Below, in pieces: positions 11,201 through 21,906 of a stretch of DNA of 64,000 bases. The notes below the pieces were generated by a model that was not told the DNA's origin, ran no database searches, and worked only from the letters and a program-made list of their open reading frames with translations. Position 1 is the first letter of the stretch, and every line of letters starts with the position of its first letter. The position numbers and the translations under genes were made by a program. This DNA comes from Protoeuglena noctilucae. Taxonomy: Eukaryota. The DNA is taken from the NCBI GenBank assembly GCA_958009085.1, contig OY253685.1, forward strand, positions 744,001-808,000, read 5' to 3'.

Positions 11201-14200
11201 CGTGCGGCGCTGGCCCTGCCTGCGATCCGCACCCCACACCTGCCTGCGATCCGAAGCCCACGCCCGCTTGTGACCCAAACCCCACAGGCCCACCGCTCCC
11301 GCCCCCCACCGACCCTTCCCAGCCAGACCCGCCCCCAAACGCCCCACGCGCCCCGTCGTTCGCTCCCTCCCCGCTGCCACCTTGCAGCTGACCCACGCCA
11401 CCCCCCTGCACCGCTCGTGCGTAGCCCCTGTGAAAGCCCTGGGCCCCCGCTACCTGCCCCGCGCCTCCCTGCTGCGCGTGGCCCTGACTCATGTCAATGC
11501 CCCCGCTGTACGCGTCACCCCATGCGTCCCCACCGCACTCGTCGCCACCCTCATCCACCTCATCCCGACGCTCTGCTGCCGCTCCCTGCTCTGGCGGGGC
11601 CAACGATCCAGGCACAGCCATCGGCACAGGCGCTTCAGCACTCTGGTGCGCGGGTAGCGGCGTGTTTGTGCCCGGGGCCTGCCCAGTGGCAATGAGCGCA
11701 GCAGCGGGTGCGAGTGCGCCTGACGAGTTACCCTTATCAACCGCCTCTGTCCCTGCACGGTCCGCCCCGTCGCGCCCAAACACGCTGCCCGTCGCGAGCG
11801 CTGCGCGGGGCAGCGGGGGAAGGGCAGACAGGGGCGGCAGGGACGCAGGGGTCAGCTGGTGTTGCGTGTTGATTCGCGCAGTGGGGACGAGCGGTGGTGG
11901 CGCCAACGTGGCTCCAACCGGCGTCGCCTTCATGTGCGCGAGAAGACCGTCAGATGATATGGGAAGCTGCTTGGCCTCGACGTTTGCCTCGGCCACCCCG
12001 ATTGGTTGCTCTCGCTCCCTGTCACGATCGACCGCCGTCCGCCCATCTCCTTCCGTGCTGTTGGCTTGTCCCTTGAGCTCCGCAGCCATCGCACGGAACA
12101 CGGCGCGGAGCTTCCGCCGGCGCAGGAAGCGCCGCCAGGTGCGTTGGAGCGTTGCGGCGGCCTGGGTCACGAGGGCCCAAGGGGCTCCGAAGGGCGAAGG
12201 GTCGGTGGTGTTGGTGGAGAGGGGCGGAAGGCTCTGGGCCCGGTCGCGGACCTGCGAGGGAGGGACAACGGGGCTGATCAGTACCTACTCCAGTAGTGCA
12301 GTGGCTGGGCTAGGGACGGACAGGTAGGGAGACACACTGAACAATGCTAAGGGATTTGCGCTGTGACGATCAAGCATGGACGATCCATCTTAATGCTACT
12401 GAACGCAGCAATAGGAACTCGCCTGGGCAACGCGTGTCCACGGAGTGCGCTTGCGTCGGGGCGTGGCTGATGAAGGGCCACGTGATGTGGGGGTGATGTC
12501 TGCAGCATGGCTGTCTTGGGCCGGCGGCTGTTGTTGGGTCGGCGGCTGTTGAGGCCCGGTGTGTGCAGCGGCGGAATCCGGCAAATGGGGTACTGGTGTA
12601 GGCACGGGGTGCGGTGCTGACACGGGTGCTGAGGTGGGTGCAGAGACGGGCGTCGAGATGGGCGCCGACACGGGTGCGGAGACGGGTGCTGATGCGCTTG
12701 CCGGGGCCGGTGCCGAGATAGGTACCGACGCAGGCGCGGCGTCCGCAGTGGCAGGCGCAGAGGCTGGCGGCGTGCTTGGCACATGACCTGGCGTCGCATG
12801 TCCACCTGAAATGGGCAACACGGCGGGGTCTCCTGCAGCGCCACCCGCGGCCATCGAAGCTGCACTCACGGCAGGCACGCCCCCGCCTCCCTCCACCCCA
12901 GTGCCACCCACAGCCGTCGTTGCAAGCGTAGCGGCAGCTGCAACGCCCTCGCCTCCCTCCACCCCAGCAACGCCCGCCCCGTCCCCACCTCCCCGCCCCG
13001 CATACGCCACCTCATCGTCGCCGTCCATCGATGCCCCGTCCCCCTCCACCTGCGTCTCTGGCACCGACTCACTGGCAGCGTCCACCGCCAGTGGCGCCGT
13101 GTGCCCCTCCGCTCCGCTCGCCACGCCATCCACTCCGTCCACTCCCACGCCGGGTCTGTCGCTCAGCGCCGTCGCTGGCTCCCGTGCATGCGGCCCCCCT
13201 TCCCTCGCCCCATCTACCACCCCATGCATCTTGCCCGTGTCGCCCCCACCGTGCACCCCCGACCCCGCTTGGGGTTCGCGATCCAGCCCAACAACTCTCC
13301 TGAGCTCCGCGGTGAGTGAGTTGATCCCAATGGCAGCCCATAGGCGCCTCAGGAGGACGTCTAGGTCCGACTCACGCCCCTCGACACCGTCCACACTGAC
13401 ACCGTGCGCCTGACACAGGGATGCCAGAGACGGCACGGACACCAGCTTCACGGCCTCGATCAGCTGCGCTACGACGGCAGGGTCGGCGGCGGCGGCGGCC
13501 ACAGCGGGATGAGACGCGAGCCCTGGCTGCGTCTGGGCGGGTGCATTGGTGGCTATCGCATCTGTCGCGGCGACATCTGTCGTGGCGGCAGTGGCGGTTG
13601 AGGTTGGTTGGGTCGGGGTGGCAGCGGTGGGCTGCGCGTCCGTCGGAGCGGCCGAGGTGGCGGGAGCTGAGAGCTGCGGGGCTGGGCCCGGAGGTTGCGA
13701 GGCCGCGAGTTGCGGTGGCGGTCGTGCGGGGTCCTGGGCAGGGGAGGGGCCCGCGTTCGCTGGCGACTGCGATGGGGCCTGGGGAGGTGCCGTGGGTGGA
13801 AGGGAGAAGAGGGCTTGTGGTGCGGTTGCGTGTGGGCCCCTCTGTGGGGACTCGGGGGCTTGGGGCGCCAGCGCTGTGGTCAGGGCGGCCGTCAGCGGAG
13901 GGAGGGACGCTGGGGCCAGGGCGGGGGTTGGCAGGGGTAGCGATGCTTGGGTAGGGGTGGCTGTTGGCGGGGGTAGCGATGCCGAGGTCGGAATGGCTGT
14001 TGGCGGGGTAAGCGATGCTGAAATTGGGGCGGCAGTCAGGGGCGCAATTGATGCTGGGGCCAAAGCGGTCGGCAACGGTGCCGACAGCGGCATCGACACC
14101 ACGCCTGCCTGGCCCGGCAACCCCACTATCCCTGCCACCCGCGCTGCCCCTTGCAACCCCACCCCGACCGTCGGCATCCCCTGCATGACCATCTCCCAAA

Positions 14201-17100
14201 CAGCCATAGGCAACCCCTCCAGCCCCACAAGGGCTCCAACAGACGCAGCGCCCCGTCCCCGCCCCCGCCTGCCCCGCCCGCCCCTCCCTCTCCCCGTCGC
14301 CGCAGCCGCGGGCGCCGTACGCCCCGCCCCCTTCCCCCGCCCCCTGCCACGCCCCCTGCCCCTGCCCTTTGACTCCCCTCCCGCTGCTACCCCGACTAAC
14401 GGAGCTGACACCGCCACAGCCTCCGAACCTTTCGTATCCCCCAGCCCTGCACTCGCAGCGGCCCCTTGTGCAACCGTCTCGCCACCCACGCCACCTATGC
14501 TGCTACCAGCACCCGTGCCCACTGCAGCAAGGGACTTGTCAACCCCAGGAGCCAAAACTTCAGCAGTTGCCGGATCGGTGAGAAAAGAACCCCGTCGCCC
14601 GCGCCCTGGCCCAGCGGGACGCCCTCGGCCCCGTTTGGATGGCAAAGCAAGTGCCGGGTTTGAGTCCTGCCAGGGCGCCGAAGGGCGCGACGGGCCCGGA
14701 AGGGACGCGGCTGGCAAGTGAGGATCGACGGGGGCGGGAGGCTGGGCTGCTAGGGCGGGGAGAGGGAGCGAAGGCAATGACAGGGTCGGCGCAGAAAGGG
14801 CCGCAGAGTGCGAGGCGGCAGAGTGGGCGGCGGGGGCCGAAGTGGGGACCACCGGGGCGGAAAAGCTGCCTGGAAAGGCCTGGGCCAGCAATGGCGGCAG
14901 GGAAGGTGGCAGGGAAGAAGGGTGCAGGGACGACGGCAGCGATGCCGGCAGCACCAGCGGCACAGACGCGATCTGTGAGCGCGCGTCCGGTTGCGAAAAG
15001 GCCACGGCATTCTGCGCCACGGGCTGAGGGGCGACGCCGGTGCCATGGCCCGCAGGCGGGGCTTGCGGCCCTTGCAGAACGAACACCGTGCTCCCCTGGG
15101 CCGCCCCCAGCATCGCCGGGTTTGTTAGAAACAGCTGACCCGTGGTTGGGTCCCATCGCAGGCCAGCGCCCTGGAAATGAGAGTCTATAGGCAGGGACTG
15201 GGCGGCAGGGAAAGGGCCGACTGCGCTGCCGTGAGCCCTGGGGTGAAAGCCGGCCCCGCCACCGATGTCCTGACCCATAGCCTGCACCCCGCCCTGCGCC
15301 ATGACCGGCACCTGGCTCAAGCCATGACCCGGCATGTAACCCGGCATCTGGCTTTGCATATGACCGGGCACCTGACTCAGCCCAAGGCCTGGCGGCTGGC
15401 TGGGCGTCTGCGTCTGTGTTTGCGTGAATGTCTGCGCCACGCTCGCCTCCAGGGCGCCTAACGGCATGCCCCCGACCCCACGCACATCCCCCGCCGCCCC
15501 TGCAGCTACGCCCCCTCGCTCCTCATGCCCTGCCACTGCCGCGCGCCCCACTCTTCCCGTCCCTGCATCCACCCACACAAACTCTGCCCGCGTGCCCTCC
15601 CGTGACCCCTCGTGCCCCCCGCCGCTCTTCGCATCTCCACCCAGTCCCATCTCACGCGCCCCATCCCCACCATCCTCCCACCTCTCCCTCAGCAATGCCC
15701 TACCCCCACCGACAGACTGGGAACCCCCCCCGCTTGAAACGGACGCACCACCTGCCATCGCCCCACCTGCCACAGCCCCACCCATCGGCGCTGTGGGCGC
15801 TCGATGTGCAGCTGGCATGGCGGGGAGGTCAGGGAGGATTTGCTGAGGCCATGGCAGGGCACGCCCAGGCACACCGGCAGACGCATCTGAGCTGCCCCGC
15901 ACCACGCCCGCTGACTTCCCATTGCCCGGGGCGAGGCCGGCGTGGTCGTAGCTGCCGTGGTTGGCGAGGCTGGGGTCCGTTGCTGCGTAGTGGGCGTGAC
16001 GTGGGGCGTGGTCGTGACTACCTTGGTTGTTGGCAAGTCCAGGATCGCTGGCGGGGTGGTAGTTGGGGTGATCGTGCTGTGCATCGGGTGCGACGATCGC
16101 GTGTTCCGGTTCGAGTCTGTTCCTGGCGAGGATGAGCGTGATGCGGCCGAGGAGTGCAAAGATGTCGCGATCGTGCAGGCGCACGCCCACCGACGCCGCC
16201 ACGGCATGCACGCGGTCTGCCCTGTCCACGTGGCCGCTCTTGATGCCGTCCGCGATCCAACTGCGGGGTGTAAATGAGGTCAAGCGAGGGGTAAATGATC
16301 AGCGAGGGTACAGTGATCGTGGGGTGATCATGGGGTCACTCGCACTCAACTCGCACAACACCCAGCCACCCAGAAGTGACCCACCACGCAACGATGCCCA
16401 CCCAACACCATTTCCGCAACACTCACGTGAGCGTCCCCCTCTGGTCTTGCGACAGCGGCTGCCACCCGTCCCCGCTCCTCTCCTCTCGATCCACCACGCG
16501 CCCCTCCACCCCTCCCGCACGCCCCTCCGTGCCCCCGCCCCTTCCCTCCAAAGCCCCCTCCGACCCCGACATGCTCCCACCCCCAGACGTCCCGGGTTCG
16601 AATCCAGGCGCGTTCCCTACTCGTCTGTGACCCCCTCCCCGCCCCCTCAGCCCCCAACTCTGGTCGCTGCTCCCCCCGCCACGCAACCGCAACACCGCCC
16701 CGCCCGCATCGCAACATCCCCCCCTCAACACCCCAGCTTCTGCCCCGCCAGAACCAACTGCGCCATGCAAGCTCCACCCCGCAACCTCCGCTTCTCCCCA
16801 CACACCTCCATCCCTGTCGTGCGGGTCAATGCTATCGCCCTTCCCACCCCCCCGCATCGCTGCCCAAGCATCCCGCCGCCGCACACGCTTCCTCGCCACA
16901 CCATCCACGACGCCCTTTCTTTCGCTCTCCCCGAGAATCAAACCCCCGCCACGCACATCCCCAAGCACCGGCGATGGAGTGGCTGCCCCATGCTGCATGA
17001 CAGCTGCGGTAGCCACCCCAGCAGCCACCGCACGCTGCTCGTCCGCTGCAGTGGCCGCCCCGCCTCTCCCGCTGCCGCGGCGGCTCACGCTCGGCCGGCC
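8234..17100 (-). CDS. Very large Gly/Ala/Pro-rich low-complexity protein region with AT-hook-like, SAP-like and IQ-like motifs; probably the C-terminal part of the upstream PHD gene
   Basis: ORFs 16423-17088, 12396-16283, 9051-12170, ~8824-8936 and 8234-8702 join with matching phases (donors near 16426, 12422 GC, 9091, 8823 GC). Motifs: KRGRGRP, SVPSLASLCQAHGVSVDG...LLRRL, AAATLQRTWRRFLRRRK. Confidence 0.6.
11205..11285 (-). repeat. Coding tandem repeat, 24-bp unit (VG[F/C]GSQAG x3)
   Basis: Seen in ORF 9051-12170 as GFGSQAGVGFGSQAGVGCGSQAG. Confidence 0.7.
12610..12725 (-). repeat. Coding 12-bp degenerate repeat (APVS/APIS units)
   Basis: ASAPVSAPVSAPISTPVSAPTSAPVSAP in ORF 12396-16283. 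Confidence 0.65.
13880..14060 (-). repeat. Coding ~36-bp degenerate repeat (ASLPPPTA..)
   Basis: ASLTPPTAIPTSASLPPPTATPTQASLPLPTPALAPASLPPLTA. Confidence 0.6.
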
Positions 17101-17164
17101 CTGCGCAACGAGGGAGGGACTGATCGTATGACCCCTTATCCAACGCTAGCGCATGCAGATCGCA

Positions 17165-17231
17165 CCCATCCATCACCACCACGCAGACCATCACGATCAC
17201 CAACCATCACTCTCATCAATCAATCATCATT
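17165..17231. repeat. Degenerate (CAT/CAC)n low-complexity tract; similar tract at 18520-18560
   Basis: catcaccacc...ccatcacgatcaccaaccatcactctcatcaatcaatcatcat. Confidence 0.5.
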
Positions 17232-20200
17232 CTAGCCCATCATCCCTCGCCTTCTGCTCGGGGAAGGCCCGCCCCCCTCGGTAAAAAAAGCCGCAGCGTC
17301 CGCCTCCGCCTCCGCCCCACCCTTCCCCGCCCCTGCACCGCCACCCACCGCCCCCTCCGCCCCACTCCCACCCTCGCCCTTCCCGTCCCCAGCGCTGCGC
17401 CTCTTCTTACGCCCGCCCTTACTCCCAGATGCCTCGTTCACTGCGCCGCCACCCCCAGCCCCGCCAACGCCCACGCTGCCACTCTCCCCGCCACCGCGCT
17501 TGCTCTTCGTCCCGCCCGACCTCGCTCTGCCCTTGCGCTTGCTTGCACCCGCACCCGCATCTGCGTCGCCCGCAACCCCATTCACATCCCCATCCACCTC
17601 CATCGCCCCTGCAGCCCCGTCCTCCCCTTTCGCGCTCGCACCTCCGCTGACCTTCCCATCCCCGCCTTTCTGTGCCTTGCCACGCCGGCGCCGCGGCTTG
17701 GGCGCCCCGTCTCCCTCGCCCTCTCCCTTCCCAACCCCCTCACCCTCACCGCCACCCTCGCCGCCACCCTCGCCACCTCCCTGCTTGCCCCGCTTGCCAC
17801 CCTCCCCACCGCTCTTTGCCCTCGCGCGCTTGCGGGGTGCCTTGGCATTCTCTTTCGGCTCGTCATCGCCTTCCTCGTCTCCCCCTTTCTCATCTCCCCC
17901 TTTTCCCTCCCCAGCCTTGCCAGTGCCCTTGCCCCGTCGCCGGGGCTTCGGGGTTCCGTCCGCATTCGGCGACAGCACCCGGGCCTTGCTGGGCGTGAAC
18001 TCCTGGTCACTCCCATCTGAGAGAAACGAAGGGACCAGCCGAGTTATTAGTAATAATAATAAGATTTGGAACAGCAAGCATCGACAACACAGCGATCGCC
18101 AAAGAAACATTGGCATGGAGCACAACGCAAGCCGTCACCACTGCATTAGTCTTCCCCTTCCCCCTTACCTTCCTCCCCCAGTTCCCCAAACATCTCCAAG
18201 GCCAGCGTTGCGTAGTCCACCCGGGCCCTGCGCCTTCCCACCCCCAGCCCCTCCTCCGCGGCAGCAGCCCCTTCCGGCTCCAACGTGACACCGCGGCCAC
18301 CCTCTGCGCGCGGCGACGAACCCGCTGCCCCTGCTGCCCCCTTGGCACCTCTGGCGCGGCGCTTGCCGGATTGGAACGCAGAGCCTGCCAGGTACTCTTC
18401 GACCAGCCGGTCGTGCCTCCTGCGAACGAACGAGGCACGCAATGATATGATTACTGGTCCAGTCTCTCTGATAGATGGTGGCGTCCAGGCGTCAACCGGC
18501 AGCACCACTTTCGTTCTCCCCATCATCATCACTATCACTGCAACCATCACTGTCACTCACATGAGCACCTCCCTCGTCTCCGCCCCCGGCGTCCGCAGCT
18601 CCCCGTCGCCCTCCCCCCCCGTGCCCTCGTCCCCTGACGTCAGGTCTCCCGTTTCAAACGATGCGCCGCTGCCAGAATCCCCGTCAGAGTCACCATCGCC
18701 ATCGTCGCTGCCCGTCCCGTCTCCCTCGCCCGCCACGTACTCGCTGTCGTCCTCATCGCTGCCCAGCTCGCCGAACAACAGAGCCGCGGCGCCAGACACC
18801 GCCGTGCTCTGCATCCCCGCGCCCACCACCGCACTGTGGGGGGAGACAGCACAGGCGGGGCCGGGTTGACGCAAGTTAAAGCAAATAACGATGGCGGGCA
18901 GTGAAGCTGATGCTCGGGTCATTTTAAGTCATACATTGTGATCATGACTGCCATCCCTCTCACCCCACCACTCCACATCCATCTGCCGTCACACATCCCC
19001 CCCCCCCTCCCCCCCTCCACTCACCCCGCCACCCCCGAGTCATCTGCCGTCACCGCCGGCGCCCTGGCCGCCTTCTCTGCCTTGGGATCGAAGTCCTCTC
19101 GGAAAACATCGCGCCACCCTGTGTTGGCGTCGAACTCCGTGCCATATGCCTCGTTCAAGAGGTCGAGGATCTTGTCGCGGGTGATGCAGGGGGTGCAGAA
19201 CCATTCTGTGGGAGTAGACAGGGGATGGGGTGGGGCTGGGGTGTGATGGGGATGTGTGTACAGGTGTGTGGGCCAGCGGTGGCTGGGCAGAGTAGTATCG
19301 TCCCCGGCCTCCCAGCGCTGCTTACCCTCGTCTTCGTCTTCCATCTGCTGCGCCGTGGGCGGATGCGCGTCGCAGCTGGCGTGGTAGAGCCTTCCGCACC
19401 CCGACAGGTCGCACAGAACCAGGTCACCCCCGGCCTCGTCCTTGCTCCCGCACATGGAGCACACGGCGTCGGGATGCTCAAAATCCATGCCGTCGTCGTC
19501 CCACACCGACTCGGGCTGCGGTGCGAGGCGAGAGAGGCAGATGGAGGGGTCACCGCACACGTCGCCCAACACCGACCTGCCGCTGCTGCCGACGCAGCCC
19601 GCGATCCTGCCGGTGACAATCGCGTCGCGCGATGCGTTATTAGCAGCTGCGGCGACGCGTAACCCGAGCTGCGACGCGGGCCACGCACCAGGGGCTTGTC
19701 TCCGTGGTGGTTCTCACAGTACCGAAGGGCGGCACGGATGATGGCCTTCGACCGGTGCACCTGCCTCCCCGCGCGATTCATCTCCGCTGTCTGCGGAAGA
19801 CGCAATCACAGCTGCACGGTCCGGGGCGACGCGGACGGCGCGGCATCGCGCGGCGCTGCTGTGGTGAAGTTCAGTCAGCCTTCGCTGACTGAGGCGTGCT
19901 TCCATGCCCGGGGATCGCGACGCGGCCGGCAAAGGGGCCGATCGCGGGCGCGCGCATTCGGAAAAGGGACTATTATAATGCGATTTACCCATCGCGCGCG
20001 TGACTGCGCTCGCCTGCTTGACGCGCTCGATGCCACGGCCACGGAAACCTTCGGCGGAGTAGGTGTTGAGCGCGTGCTCCTCGAGCAGCAGACGGCCAAT
20101 TTGGTTGGCCGCGCGAGTGAAAACAGCCTTGCATTCCTGCGCGCGCTCGAGGGCCAGCTCCCGGCGCCGGGAGGCGCTGCGGGGGGCAAAGAGACCAGCA

Positions 20201-20424
20201 ATGGCGACATCGAGTCAGGCACAGCTCCGCGGCACGGGCGCCCGAAGCTGGCTCGGGCGAAAACGGCTCGCGTGGCGCGCATGGTGCGCTGCCCAGCTCG
20301 CCGGAGCCCCCGCCGCTCCCCACCTCATCGGCTTGCCGGACTTCCCCTTCGGCTTGGGCGGGCGTTGCACCGGCTCTGCAGGCAGCGCGCGGCGAGGCTC
20401 GTTGCGGGGCACGCGCACCGTCAT
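17232..20424 (-). CDS. PHD-finger protein of the plant PRH/HAT3.1 type (no homeodomain recognised)
   Basis: Spliced LLEEHALNTYSAEGFRGRGIERVKQ|TAEMNRAGRQVHRSKAIIR...PESVWDDDG...VCSMCGSKDEAGGDLVLCDLSGCGRLYHASC...EWFCTPC...ILDLLNEAYGT...WRDVF...GSDEDDSEY...RRARVDYATLALEMFG follows the block order of the PRH/HAT3.1 N-terminal half. ATG 20424. The 3' end is ambiguous (see findings). Confidence 0.8.
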
Positions 20425-20486
20425 AGTTCGTGCCGAGAAAGGACGAATGACCCTTGCGTGAGTCGGAGGCGGGGACACAAGGCCGC

Positions 20487-21579
20487 ATGGTGCTGCACAA
20501 GAGGCTGTGCAGACGTGGCCAAGCAGACGACAGCTCGCGTGCAGAGGGCGGGCGGCACGAAGGGACGGGTTGGGCAAGAAGCCTTGTCGGCGTGCGCACA
20601 GGAAGAGCGCTGAGCGAAACGCCAGGCAACGGCACGGACCAGGGGCTGTGCAGAACTGGGAGCTTTGAAACACCCAGCCAGGCGACGCGCCTCGAAGGGG
20701 GCCATCGCGGAAGCGCAAGGACCGAGGCGTTTCATAAAGTACGAGAAATCTGTGAAACGAGCATGAGGGCCCCAGGCTGCAGGGGCCGCCCAAATTCGCC
20801 CGGGCAATGTCGCCAGCGCGTCACCTGACTTGTCGCCCAGGAGCAGTGCCACATAGTCGCTGTCCTCATCCAGATGGCGTGAGGGAGCCTTTACATCGCC
20901 CGACCGCCCTCCGCCGAACCCTTTTTGCCTCATGGTTGGCGGGGTGCGGGACCAGCTGCCTCCCTCGGCTCTCAGAAAACGTGCCGGGACTCTAGAGGGA
21001 CATGACGCGCTGAAAGAACAAATTTTGATCAAGAGGACCGCTTGCGACGGGCTGCTAGGCGCGGGGGGGGCCGATGTCAACGCGCTCGCGACGTCTCCGC
21101 TGCCTGGATCCCAATCGCAGCGACCGACTCGGACCCTGTGACAGGCCTGCAGGCTCTTCTCAGAGCGGCAGTGGAAGCAGCAGCAGCCTTGGCCAGCGCA
21201 CAGCCAGTGTCTGACGAAGGTGCGTCAGTGCTCCAGTGTGCCCCTGGGCGTCGCTTGGCCCCGTTCCTCCCGCGGACACGGCAGTTAAGCAGGTGCTAGG
21301 CACGAACCGTGGGCGGGAGGGCACCCGCGACAGTCTGCCCGCACGCAGGTGGGCTTTAAATGTGGCGCCGAGCATACGGCCGACCTCAGCGCCCCGAGAG
21401 CCTTGTGCTTCTCGTCTGCAATCCCATACTCTCCTCGCGAGCCGCGTGCCGACGTTTGGATGCGCTCACGCCGCGCATGAGTGACAAAACACGTCCATCC
21501 TTTGCTCACCACTCAGGGCTCGATGTCTACCCGCAGGGTTCCTGTAACAGCATCTTCTCGACTTGCAGCGAGCGCGTGA
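20487..21579 (+). CDS. Candidate small orphan gene (six phase-consistent exons)
   Basis: The chain ...TEAFHK|EQCHIVAVLIQMA|KRAGTLEGHDALKEQILIKRTACDGLLA|TDSDPVTGLQALLRAAVEAAAALASAQPVSDE|VKQVLG...PARR|VPVTASSRLAASA* has plausible donors and acceptors. No family recognised and the start is uncertain. Confidence 0.3.
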
Positions 21580-21906
21580 CTTCCTGCGCATCGATTTTAG
21601 CGGGTGAGATGAGCAATGGGCTCGGTGGGTGTCTGCAGCTCGGCTGGTAGGGCGTGGTGTGGGCGCGACCCGCGTGCATTCATTGTCATTATGACATCGT
21701 TTTACGAATAGCCACTCAAGGCATCCTTCTGAGGATCGCCGGCTGCCACTGCGCGGGGTGACATGTGCGCGCCTCTTCCGGCGCCCTGAAAATTCGCGGC
21801 TTCCTGTTCTTGCCCCAAACTTATTCAAAGCTGTTGCTTGTATCTCCCCAGGTGGCCCGAAGAGGGTAGGAGGCGCTCCCGGCGCGGGGCGCCAGGCGTG
21901 GCGGGG

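Noticed and set aside
16590..16612. tRNA T-arm-like sequence ccgggTTCGAATccagg
   Set aside because: No D-arm, anticodon arm or acceptor stem, and it is the antisense of a coding exon (APGFEPGT).
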